Part shown: positions 23,759 through 34,194 of the stretch, piece by piece
How positions within the stretch are numbered: the first letter of the stretch is position 1
Layout: each line of letters begins with the position of its first letter
Program-made: the position numbers and the translations under genes
Notes under the pieces: model-generated
The model's input: only the letters and a program-made list of their open reading frames with translations
The model's database searches: none
Told to the model about the DNA's origin: nothing
Assembly: GCA_040285825.1 (NCBI GenBank)
Contig: JAUPSS010000001.1
Location: forward strand, 620,001-684,000
Source of the DNA: Eukaryota sp. TZLM1-RC
Taxonomy: Eukaryota; Protista; Metamonada: BaSk clade
Reading direction: 5' to 3'
Length of the DNA stretch: 64,000 bases

Positions 23759-25759
23759 ATGCTTAAAGCATGTCCAGTATCTATTATAAATGTGTCTAGT
23801 TATCAGTTTGTGCATGTTTCATTGTTTTGTGGATGTAAGGAGTTGAAAATACACCAAATTTTAAAAGTAACTGAAACTGAGAAATCAATCATTTCTGATT
23901 GTCTGCACTTTCCGTTTTCAGCAAGGACTATGCAGTCATGGGCACGTGCCTGCTCCCTTCATCAGTTCTTTGGGCGGCCAGTGTGTGATTACATTGATGG
24001 GCAGCTGACCAAGGTGACCACCATGGCTCACCTCGGCAGTTTGCTGGCCAGAGTTTTTGCTGTGCGCTTCCCTGAAGACAGTCATTTCCTGACTCAGCAT
24101 CAATTCTGGATCCAGTGTCTTGACTTTGTGGCGGTCTCTAAGCCAAAAGTCAGACATCCATTTAACAGACCTGGCAAAGGCCATGTGTATGAGAAGCTCG
24201 AGCGAATCTCTACATCATGGCCGTTTGCTGTCTTGTTCTTGTCAAGAACAGGTCGTAATCATGCACTACCCACTAGTAGGCCTCTACAACAACTAGTGGA
24301 TGCAAAGTGCCGCCAGCTGCAAGGCAACTGCCAGCAGCTTCTTGCTGATGGACTTGTGTCGTGGAAGCTTAACTTCTTCCGCTCGTATGCGGTAGGTTAT
24401 AACTGCCCTGCACCAGCCACTTATGCTGGTTCTGTTCTTCACAACAGCACGAACTTTCGTGAACCTCTTCTTTCTTGGTTCAACACTCACCATAACATGG
24501 CTCTTACTCTGTTTAACTATTTGGTTGGTGATCCTCAAAGGTACAACACTCTTCTTTCTTCTCGAAGAGTGACTCTTAATCAAGAGAACAGTACCTACAT
24601 CTTTCGTTGCGGCTTAACAATCCAAAACTACCTGGAGCAAGCCTTTCCATATACCTTTAGACGACATAGACTCACTCCCATCGCTAGTTTGAAGCCTGCT
24701 TTTGTCCCCTTTTCCACATGGGTTCTCAACCATTTTATCTCCAAAAACACATCACAAACAATTTTGAAAAACCCTTATTTATTTTTTAAAACAAAAGCTA
24801 ATGACTACAACATGTCTTCTAATGGTGATAGTGTCCGTATAACTTTCAAACCGCACCCCAAAGCAACACGAGTGAGATTGTCTGGAGAAGCCTTGAGTAA
24901 TAAGAGATCCAGAGGGGAACTTGACTACTACGAAACCACTCGGAATAGAAAACATACCTTGCAAGCCAAGGTTGAACGGCCAAGACCTCGCCAGAAACCA
25001 AAAGCTACTGAGTGGCAGGCACCTGATGACCAAACGGAAATGGTGTTCTGGGCCATCGACCCCAACCACTCAAATCTATGTGGTTCCAGTATTGGAACAG
25101 GTTCAGGGCCGACCGTATCCAATATCTTCCTGGCACCAAAGCAACGAAAAATCAATCACTCCGCTTCACTGACCCACTCATCAATAGATGTTTATGACGT
25201 GCAGAAATTGAACCATTATCTGCTTGAAATATCAGCTATCGGTGACTATAAGGACTATGAAGGTAATAACGTAAGACGATCATTACTAAAGCAGCAATTA
25301 TATCTGAGTGCTCGAAACGCATTGAGGAGAAACACATTTGACTTCTTTATAAGAAAACAGAAAAGATTCAGCTCCATTATCAACAAAGTGAAAAAATTTG
25401 CAAACGGTCGAGAAGTAAAGGTGTGGCTTGGCAATGGAGGTGGTGGTACATCACGTCAAAAAGTGAAAACTCCACGTAAGGCATTTCTCAAGTTGTTACA
25501 ACGTTCATCTGCTAATGTGAAGATCGGAGATGAATATATGACATCTGCAAAGGTGAACTGCTGCAAGATGCTACACCAAAAGATCTATAGAGAAGTTGAT
25601 GGTGAAGTTAAAGTTCACAACGCCTATTTCAGTTGTCCGGAATGTAATCAAGTATGGTCTAGAGACATTTCTGCATCACTAAATCAGCTAGAAATTGCAA
25701 TTAGTGAGCACTACTATGGAACAAGACCAGAAGCGCTCCAGAGACCACAAAGAAACTAG
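23759..25759 (+). CDS. Fanzor / TnpB-family RNA-guided endonuclease
   Basis: RuvC-I WAIDPN, VWLGNG, RuvC-II GDEYMTS, Zn finger NCC...CPEC, RuvC-III WSRDISASLN and terminal RP. The true start may be the ATG at 23930. Confidence 0.88.
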   Translation: MLKACPVSIINVSSYQFVHVSLFCGCKELKIHQILKVTETEKSIISDCLHFPFSARTMQSWARACSLHQFFGRPVCDYIDGQLTKVTTMAHLGSLLARVFAVRFPEDSHFLTQHQFWIQCLDFVAVSKPKVRHPFNRPGKGHVYEKLERISTSWPFAVLFLSRTGRNHALPTSRPLQQLVDAKCRQLQGNCQQLLADGLVSWKLNFFRSYAVGYNCPAPATYAGSVLHNSTNFREPLLSWFNTHHNMALTLFNYLVGDPQRYNTLLSSRRVTLNQENSTYIFRCGLTIQNYLEQAFPYTFRRHRLTPIASLKPAFVPFSTWVLNHFISKNTSQTILKNPYLFFKTKANDYNMSSNGDSVRITFKPHPKATRVRLSGEALSNKRSRGELDYYETTRNRKHTLQAKVERPRPRQKPKATEWQAPDDQTEMVFWAIDPNHSNLCGSSIGTGSGPTVSNIFLAPKQRKINHSASLTHSSIDVYDVQKLNHYLLEISAIGDYKDYEGNNVRRSLLKQQLYLSARNALRRNTFDFFIRKQKRFSSIINKVKKFANGREVKVWLGNGGGGTSRQKVKTPRKAFLKLLQRSSANVKIGDEYMTSAKVNCCKMLHQKIYREVDGEVKVHNAYFSCPECNQVWSRDISASLNQLEIAISEHYYGTRPEALQRPQRN

Positions 25760-25935
25760 CTTCAAAGCTACGTATTGTTCTAGAGGAGAAATGGGCTCAC
25801 TGAGATTGGTGGCCAATTATTCAAGGATTTTGGAACGTCTGTGGACGATCTCACCAAGGATGAAAGTTCTTGGAATAAGTTTGAATGATGCTTGACGAAA
25901 GTATGCATTTCAAATGAAAACCACAGAAAGTTCGC
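25757..25935 (+). ncRNA. Putative Fanzor omegaRNA
   Basis: Several hairpins directly after the Fanzor stop: 25757-25770, 25817-25831 with 25863-25878, 25836-25847 and 25880-25914. Boundaries are inferred. Confidence 0.6.
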
Positions 25936-25940
25936 ACATA

Positions 25941-26821
25941 ATGTCCCTCCTCTATTCTCACACTTCAGATTATTTAACAGTAAACTCACTAGATCTACAT
26001 ACAGAAAGATGGATCCCAGCGAACAAAGCTGTTAGGGATTGTACACTTGTGTTGTTGAACCACGGTATGTTTGGTAATACATACAATTGGAGGTTCCTTG
26101 GTCCCTTTCTTGCTGAAAAGGGTTTCTTTGTGTTAGCCATTGATATGGTTGGCTTTGGGCTATCCTGTAGATGTACAAATTGTGTTCATGGTCATGATGA
26201 TAGAGCCAGGTTGTTATGGGGTGTAATAAAACATGTAGAGCAAGAGTATAGCATATCAGATACCCTGAAATGGGTAATTATTGCTCATTCAATGGGATGT
26301 GCTAGTGCAATAATGATGAAAAGGAGAAAGAACACAAAATAGAACGTTTAATCTTTATTGCCCCGGCTCTACAACCAGTCATTTCACCTGTAGCGAAATT
26401 CATATGCAGCTTGAGACCACTGAGACCAATGATTTATCCAATTACCAAAGCAGTACTCAAAAGAAGAAGTCGCTTTGAAAGGAGTCTAATTAAAGCTTAT
26501 GGAAGGGTACCTACTGAGGAAGAGATTGAAGGACACTTCACTCCACTACAGATGCCCGAGACACATAAATGCTTAGTTAAAATGATGGCAACTCAAAGTG
26601 AGGATATTGGTGTTGATTTAATAAGGTCAATCGGGGATCTCCCAATACTGATAATATGGGGAGACAAGGATGCAGTGGTTCCGTTAGAAGAAGGAAGGTG
26701 GTTGGAAGAGCTACTGAACACTTCGATAGTAGTTATTGAAGGCGAAGGTCGTTGTCCCGCTGAAACAAATCCAGAAGAGACAAACCACATCATTTGGGAT
26801 TGGCTATCCAAAACTCCGTAG
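25941..26821 (+). pseudogene. Alpha/beta-fold hydrolase (frameshift near 26335)
   Basis: HGMFG oxyanion motif, AHSMG nucleophile elbow, WGDKDAVVP; the expected catalytic His reads as R (GRCP). Confidence 0.8.
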
Positions 26822-26934
26822 CATCATGTCTGGAGATTAACATTGTAATACTATGTCAGCCTACATCTAGGGCACATGTAAGGTCTATTGTTTGATTGAC
26901 AAATACATAATCTCAAAAGGATACATTAAAAAAC

Positions 26935-27600
26935 ATTCATTTTATTAAATAAGGAATAAGACATCATCAAATACACAACTAAAGCTCCTCAAAACCTGTC
27001 TCCCCTGCATTGAAACAGTTTATTACTAATTCACAAAATTTTCCAAAAGAAGAAAGTCAATCAGAAACTAATTTCTCCATTTTCTTACACAGAAAATACA
27101 ATCCCGTTTTGCCAGTAAACACGATTCAAAATTCTTCCAGTCCATTCCTTTACAACTACATGAAAATCCTCAGGGAAAGCCAAAGCAGCCTTACCTAATG
27201 ATCCGATCAAGGAAACAACAAAGGGACATAAATTATATTGGGCGTGATAATTTTCATTGACGGAACAAATAGGTTTCGTTTTACAATTTGTGTTTTTCAC
27301 CATCCAGAAGAGTGTTATTGACATTTGAATGAATGAATTGTTCGATAGAAGTATTACAAGGGTCCGTGGACATGGCATCTAAATGGTAAAGCTTCAATTT
27401 AATCCGGAAGCAACCAACACACCTCATGCAAAACCCATAGAAGCTCTGTTATAACGCGTACTATCAATATTGGGGTCATCAAGAATAAATTTTGTTAGCA
27501 AAGGCTCTAAAAAGGAATCTACTCGATATGTTTTGGACATTGCATAAATTTGGTCCGTGACAATATTATGCACTTTGCTTTTAAATGTATTAAAATGCCA
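26935..27600 (-). mobile_element. Decayed RLE fragment (family D)
   Basis: Similar to 554-1247 (HAQYNLCPF, RVYWQN). Confidence 0.8.
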
Positions 27601-27689
27601 ATAGTTGCAAAAGATGAGTAAACAACAGAGATATACCACATTTACATGTTAAATGATTCGGCAAATTTTTTTACATTATCAATTTTATG

Positions 27690-29320
27690 GAAAACCAATA
27701 AATCAACATCTAAAAATCCATCTCTCCCAGAACAAAAACACTAGATGCCATTCTCTCATGATAAGATCCAAGAGAAAGCGAAGCATCAGAAACCATCTTC
27801 AACATCCCCTTAAAATTAGAAAACACAATTCTTTTCTGCCAAAACAATTTGTTAAAATATCTGTTAGTTCTTCTCTTTACAATCATTTCAATATTTGCCA
27901 AAAAACGTATAGCCTTGGGAGCAAGTGAATCAAATAGATAAAATATAAATAGATACAAATTGTATTTTGCGTGTTGTTGACTGGCCAATTTGGACAAGCG
28001 TTCATTGTATTTTTTGATTTTTGATATTTTCACCATTTGAAAGAGTATCGTGAATTTCAGAATTAACGAGCCTTTCATTTGAGGCATTACAAGGATCAAC
28101 AGCCATTACATCCAATAAAATTAAGTTCCCATCTAATCCACGTAAAATAACAATACCTCTATTATTCTTATGAAAATTATCAGTATCAAACAGATTTGAC
28201 AACAGAGGTTCCAAAAAGGATTCAATTCTATGAGACTTACACATACAATATAAATTATCTCTTACAGCATCGTGAAACTTGCTGCTAAAAGTAATAAAAT
28301 GTTTACAATTTAACAAATGAGTAATTGCATTTTTGCGAAAACATTTACAAATAAAATTATGAGGTAAATTATCAGGCCAGATAAAAGAACGAACTCTTAT
28401 ATTCAAAGTCCAAGCATAATCAGTTAAGAGAGTACCATACACTTGAGGAATTGTTGTTACTAAGGCAGAAGAAGTACTATTACACATATCTTGTCCATCA
28501 CATCATAATCCAAGTTTTCAAAAATCTTTGACGATTTTGGTTGAAGCTTTTTACAGCAAAACTGTAAATTAAAAAGAGATCGGTTTGGAATTACTTGAAT
28601 TGATTGAGGAAAACATTTGGTCCAAATTTGTGGTGGCAAATTGTCAAGCTCACAAGATAACTCATGCAAATTTGGACTGCAACTGAGAACTAACAGATGT
28701 GAATCATCAAGAAATCTACGAGAAACTTCATAAACAAAATTCTTGCCTCCACCCAAAAATGCTGCTTAACACAATATAGAAGATTTAGTAAATCCAATAC
28801 TACCCAAATTTGCTGAAGAAAATAAGTGACTTTTCAACATTTTTGGTTCTACATCCAATTAATCAGCAAAAAAATCCTGTTCTCAATGAATTAAAAGAAC
28901 GACAAAAATCTATTGCTATGGAAGGAGCACAAGATCTCAAAATGTGGGTTATTCTCCCAGTGTAGCAAATTTTAAGCATGAAAAATTTGATATGTGTTTC
29001 TAGATCTAAAGAAGAAATTGAATCAAGTTCAATTTTCATTTTCTCCAAAATAAAATGTAATTCATGTTGAATATGAGGCACGTTTCTAACCAACAACCAA
29101 GGAACTGAAAAGCATCACTACTATAATTGGTAACAGGGACAACAGAATCGTTTATCACAAGATCTTGAGCAGAAGAGCCAATCAGAAGGCATTTGCTCGC
29201 ATTAAGATAAAGCCCAATATTTCCATATGAATCGGCAATTTCTTGAGCAACCAATTCTAGTTAATCAAATGAACCAATCAAGGATATATCATCCAAAAAA
29301 GCAACTATTTTTATAGAAGA
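27690..29320 (-). mobile_element. Decayed RLE retrotransposon RT C-terminus and endonuclease (family E)
   Basis: FLDD, FLGC, HILRS, HDAVRD and KIKKY across several broken ORFs. Confidence 0.85.
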
Positions 29321-29429
29321 AGTTCCACTGTTTTTGCATTAAATGAAGAAATTTCAAAAATTGATGTAGAAAAATGGGTTTCGATGTTTTCCCCAATCAT
29401 TCAATGGCAATAGTCCAGAAAAAAATGTT

Positions 29430-30483
29430 TTAAATTTGAAGTACACTCTTCGAACATTACAGAAAAGATTGACTGGAATGTATGAAAAAGATCTTTATAA
29501 TAATATATGCAGCTCGGCTGTTTTAAATCAAGATCTTCACTCATTGTTATTGCAAAAGGGTGTTTCTGAAAACAAGTCGTCAGATTCTTCACTTTTTGTA
29601 ACCATTGTACCACGAAGATTTGGATTGTGTGCCACTAATGAAGCATTTGTAACAAAAATGAGATTATATTTGAACATCCTCATTAATCAACTATTATCAA
29701 AAGAAAAATGTATTTGTTCGAATTCACCTCACAGTTGCCTTAGGTTGCAAAAGTGGTTGAGATAAAGATAATTTATTTTCTATTCATATTATAAAAGCCT
29801 TAGGGCGCCAACATCACCTCTTTTTGTGCCATGCTCTGAATTGCTCTAAATTGTTAACTTATCGTTTTTCATTACATGATGCTGTTAGAGACACTGTTTT
29901 CATTATGGCACAAACTCCAAGGATATTGTGTATCAAAGAGCCCCTGCTGAAGGAAACACTTTCTCTGAATAGTTTTGGTTCTGATGATAGAGGTGATGTA
30001 TACTGTGATTGGATTGATATTTCTGAAGCTATTGTTGACTTTGTCTCATGTAATGTTGCAAATGATACTTTGGTTCACAGAAGAAAACTTAATCATGTGG
30101 CAGCTCTGGATTTTAAAGCAAAAGAGAAACATAGAAAATATGATAAAGATATTGAAGAGGCTAATGTTGATAGAAATGCACAGCTGGTTTTTATTGCTTT
30201 CCCATTTTCGATAAATGGAAGATTATCAGTTGAAGCAGAAACTTTTTTGGATGACTTCCAAAAAATGGTGAAAGAAAAAACAATGAAAAGATTTGATATT
30301 TTTTTATGGCGTTCACGGATTCAATTTGACATTATGAATAGATTACCGCGGTTTTTCAATCAAATTAGAGAAGCTTTAGCTAGACAGCAAGCAAATCAAG
30401 ATTTTGTAGAGGAAATCTTTGTTTAATGATAGTCGTCCCATTAGTTATGATTTAATTTAATCAAGTGTGCAAATTCAATAAAT
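29430..30483 (+). mobile_element. 5'-truncated RLE retrotransposon (family B) interrupted by a solo LTR
   Basis: CIC...HALNC, HDAVRD, RGDVY, KHRKY; AATAAA at the 3' end. Confidence 0.85.
29733..29813. repeat. 81-bp solo LTR with 4-bp TSD (TCAC)
   Basis: TCAC at 29729-29732 and 29814-29817; removing the insert restores the RLE frame (SNSPHLFLCHALNC). Second copy at 38502. Confidence 0.8.
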
Positions 30484-31247
30484 ACTAACTACCTAACAAC
30501 TCTTCGAAAATTGAGAAAAAAGGCACACAGTGTTTTTTCCCTATTTTTTTGGATTCAACAAACATTTAAATCAGCAGTGATTTAATTTCTCGATTTTGCA
30601 TTTACTGTCTATGGATGATGTTTAGTTCTTGATGATGTGTATGTAAGGTTGTCAAAACACAACGGAATGAATCATGAAAAATAAAGTTTGAACTTCCTGG
30701 ATACAAATTTGGACTCTTTGTGACTGAAATTGACTGAGGAAATTTTGAAGTTGCAATTCCCAAAGAATTGGACAATTGAACTGCGAAGACTAAAAAGATG
30801 TTGTGTAAGCAGCCAAGTTATAAAAGGGGACATAAAATTCTTAATGATCAGTGTTCAGGCCATACAAACAAAACTAGAGTTTTTGATCGATCATCTTTTG
30901 TCTATTTGTGAACACAAAATTCTCTTTCGAATGTGGTTGTTTTTGGGGTTGAATAGAATTGAACGTTCTTTTGCTCAAGTTCAACACCATTGTCAGTATT
31001 TTTGAGCTACAAAAATATAGTGAGAAGACTCTACTACCTTGAATTCTCAAAATATTTTTTTTTCACATTTTCAGTAGATTGGATGTCGGTACACAGACAG
31101 ACAACCATGAATGTTGCTTAATATCATTTTACTAACAAACTTAATTTCAAACTGCTTTAAAAACCGGCAACTGTTCAAAAATTATCGTAGTAAAGTTAAA
31201 TTCTTCATTTTATAGTTCTAGTGTAGCTTCTGAAATACTTCTGAAAT

Positions 31248-31333
31248 ACGCCAACTCTTGATGAATCCTTATAAAGTTTGGACATCATTAAACTCAAGTA
31301 CTTGGGAACATTGCTGTACGAAGCGAAAATGAA
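31248..31333 (-). mobile_element. Short RLE family C 3' fragment
   Basis: Reverse-complement match to about 22573-22656 (VPKYLSLMMSKLYKDSSRVGV). Confidence 0.7.
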
Positions 31334-31641
31334 AGTTCGGGGAGGAGCTGTGGAAAGGCGTGATTGGCCAAAGATTTGCTTGGAGGGAAGTCTTGGATTG
31401 TAATACACGGGTCCAGGTGTATGAAGTCTTTGCTTAAAGTGTCATATTCATTATGGGGATTCTCATGTAGCACGATATGTCCAAAATTGAGTAATAAATG
31501 GTGGTCTAGATGGGGCACGTATAGAATGTAACAAATATATGAAATATGTTGTGTGAAATGGCACCTATGACCAATGGGAAATAGAAATTAGCATGAAGGA
31601 ATGTTCATTGGCATTTTTGGTAATTATCATATTTTCTCACA

Positions 31642-33855
31642 ATGCTCTCGTGTCCACATTGTTCAATGGATTTCAACGAAGAGTCTCGTGTGCCACTGGT
31701 TGTTTGCAGTCAGCGCCATAGTGTATGCGGTGTATGCTCTGATGCTGTGGAATCCTGTCCGATATGCAATGAAGATATCCTGCCGTCACCGGAAGTCAAC
31801 CTCAGTTTGCGCGATATAGCCAAAGCTTCTTGCAAGGAGGACCTCTGTGTACACATTCCCTCTAACCAGGTCAAACTTTTGCACATGATTGGACAAGGAG
31901 GATATGCCCAGGTGTTTGCCGCTTCTTGGTTTGATTCAGACGTCGCCGCCAAGACTGTTGCTCTCACAGAAGAAGGTAAGAAACGACTGAGGAAAGAGAT
32001 TGGTATTATGGCCAAGATTGATCATCCCTTTATCCTCCGCGTTTTTGGTCTGGTCAGCTTAATGGACAGACTCGCCATAATTATGGAACTTGCTGAAGGT
32101 TCTCTGCCAGTGCCGTCAAGATTGACTAAACAAAGTCTCTTGTTTGCAAAAAGGATCTGCCAGGCAGTTCGTTTTCTGCACTCCAAATCACTTGTGCATG
32201 GAGATCTCAAGCCCGAGAACATTCTTTTTGTGAATGGACAAGTGAAATTAGCCGATTTTGGAACATCCAGGACTGTTGCCAAGACTTCCACGGCCACCAA
32301 TCTATCATGTACAGTAAGATATGCCGCATTAGAACAGCTTGATAACAAAGTTTCTCTTGCTTCTGACATTTACGCTATTGGAATCATCCTTTGTGAGTTA
32401 CTCTGCAATTATAGACCATTTGTAAACATGGAACAAGTTGCCATTATGGGTGCAAAGTTTTTGAACAAGCCGTTGGCTTTAAGTGACCAGATTCCCCATG
32501 TTCTCAGAGAATTAATCGCCCAATGTTGCTCTTCAGATCCAGCTGCCAGACCAAGTATTGCTCAAGTTCTTCTAGTTTTGGATCAATTGGATGACTTTGC
32601 TGAAGAATGTGATGAAAATCCTATAAGTATTAACAATGATGTTCAAACGCAACTGCAAACTGCCAACTCTACAATCGAGTCTCTACGAAAGAATGTTACT
32701 GATTTGGAGGCTTCCAGTCAACAACTCACCAACGATTTGACAGAACGGGATTCCAGAATTGCCCGGTTGGAAGAAGAAAGGGCTGGTATCAATGCCCCCA
32801 ATCAACACCTCAGTCACATTTTGGATGAACGTGATGCTAGAATTGCCACTATGGAAGAAGCTTTAAATGCCAGCAAGGCCGGTATTGCTGAGCAAGATAC
32901 AGAAAATGCCAACCTTAGATCTATCATTGATGAATTGGAAAAGCAAAATACTCTACTCAGTAGAACTAATTCTGATTTAGCAAGCAGAATTGCTGACCTT
33001 GAAGCGTTGTTGAAAGAGTGCCATTGTAATCAACCTTTGAACAATATCGATGATCATCATCCTCCATCTAAGGAAGAAATTTTGGAAGACATCAAGTCGA
33101 ATGTAAATTGGAATGGATTGGTGGATGGGGTGAAGAAGGGTGTTGAGGCTTTGGTTGATGGTTCTATCACTGAATTGAATCTTTACAAGAACAAAATTAC
33201 CTCTGAAGGCGCTAGTGCTCTCGCCCGTGCTCTGGAGAGCAATTCCACTCTGACTACATTGCGTCTTCAGTACAACAACATTACCTCTGAAGGCGCTAGT
33301 GCTCTCGCCCGTGCTCTGGAGAGCAATTCCACTCTGACTAAATTGAATCTTTGGAACACCAACATTACCTCTGAAGGCGCTAGTGCTCTCGCCCGTGCTC
33401 TGGAGAGCAATTCCACTCTGACTGAATTGGATCTTAGCAACAACAAAATTACCTCTGAAGGCGCTAGTGCTCTCGCCCGTGCTCTGGAGAGCAATTCCTC
33501 TCTGACTACATTGTATCTTCAGTACAACAAAATTACCTCTGAAGGCGCTAGTGCTCTCGCCCGTGCTCTGGAGAGCAATTCCTCTCTGACTACATTGCGT
33601 CTTCAGTACAACAACATTACCTCTGAAGGCGCTAGTGCTCTCGCCCGTGCTCTGGAGAGCAATTCCACTCTGACTAAATTGGATCTTTGGAAAAACAACA
33701 TTACCTCTGAAGGCGCTAGTGCTCTCGCCCGTGCTCTGGAGAGCAATTCCTCTCTGACTGAATTGAATCTTGGGGAGAACAACATTAGCAATTCAACCAA
33801 ATCTAAACTTCGACAAATAGCATCTAATCGTTCTTCTCTCCGAATTTTCGTTTAA
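31642..33855 (+). CDS. RING-like Zn finger / protein kinase (TKL-like) / coiled coil / LRR protein, paralog 1
   Basis: CPHC...C...H..C..C...CPIC; GQGGYA, AAK, HGDLKPEN, DFG; 7 full 28-aa RI-like LRRs plus a terminal one. Confidence 0.93.
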   Translation: MLSCPHCSMDFNEESRVPLVVCSQRHSVCGVCSDAVESCPICNEDILPSPEVNLSLRDIAKASCKEDLCVHIPSNQVKLLHMIGQGGYAQVFAASWFDSDVAAKTVALTEEGKKRLRKEIGIMAKIDHPFILRVFGLVSLMDRLAIIMELAEGSLPVPSRLTKQSLLFAKRICQAVRFLHSKSLVHGDLKPENILFVNGQVKLADFGTSRTVAKTSTATNLSCTVRYAALEQLDNKVSLASDIYAIGIILCELLCNYRPFVNMEQVAIMGAKFLNKPLALSDQIPHVLRELIAQCCSSDPAARPSIAQVLLVLDQLDDFAEECDENPISINNDVQTQLQTANSTIESLRKNVTDLEASSQQLTNDLTERDSRIARLEEERAGINAPNQHLSHILDERDARIATMEEALNASKAGIAEQDTENANLRSIIDELEKQNTLLSRTNSDLASRIADLEALLKECHCNQPLNNIDDHHPPSKEEILEDIKSNVNWNGLVDGVKKGVEALVDGSITELNLYKNKITSEGASALARALESNSTLTTLRLQYNNITSEGASALARALESNSTLTKLNLWNTNITSEGASALARALESNSTLTELDLSNNKITSEGASALARALESNSSLTTLYLQYNKITSEGASALARALESNSSLTTLRLQYNNITSEGASALARALESNSTLTKLDLWKNNITSEGASALARALESNSSLTELNLGENNISNSTKSKLRQIASNRSSLRIFV
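33169..33786 (+). repeat. 84-bp coding tandem repeat (LRR array)
   Basis: Core GAAGGCGCTAGTGCTCTCGCCCGTGCT repeated 7 times at an 84-bp period. Confidence 0.95.
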
Positions 33856-33965
33856 TAAACACATTTCAGTTACTTTTTTCATCAATACAAAACCAATAAT
33901 AAAATCGTCCAACACCAATACAAATCAAAACCCAATATAAACTAGAAAAATCAACAACATCATTC

Positions 33966-34150
33966 GCCAACATCGTAGTCCAGTGGGTTTGCTCTTCGTT
34001 CTCTGCTTTGGCAACAGGGTTCGAATCCTATCTGCTGCACTTCTGGCAAAAGGGGACCCCAAAGTGGGAGCCAGCATTCCCTTTCCCACTTTCCGGGTCT
34101 GACTGCATGGTGCTTGATCAATGAGGGTGATTCTGAAGATTGGGCATTTT
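33966..34150 (+). repeat. tRNA-derived, structured SINE-like repeat
   Basis: A box TAGTCCAGTGG at 33976, B box GGTTCGAATCC at 34018, GC-rich hairpin at 34055-34099. Copies near 56811, 60378 and 60841. Confidence 0.55.
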
Positions 34151-34194
34151 GGGTTTTTATGGATCTTGATTTTGCATGTTATTCGCAAAAATTT

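Noticed and set aside
33966-34040. Functional tRNA gene
   Set aside because: A and B boxes are present but the acceptor and anticodon stems do not pair.
34040-34115. HDV-like or hammerhead ribozyme
   Set aside because: I could not fit the P1/P1.1/P3 topology or a CUGANGA/GAAA core by hand.
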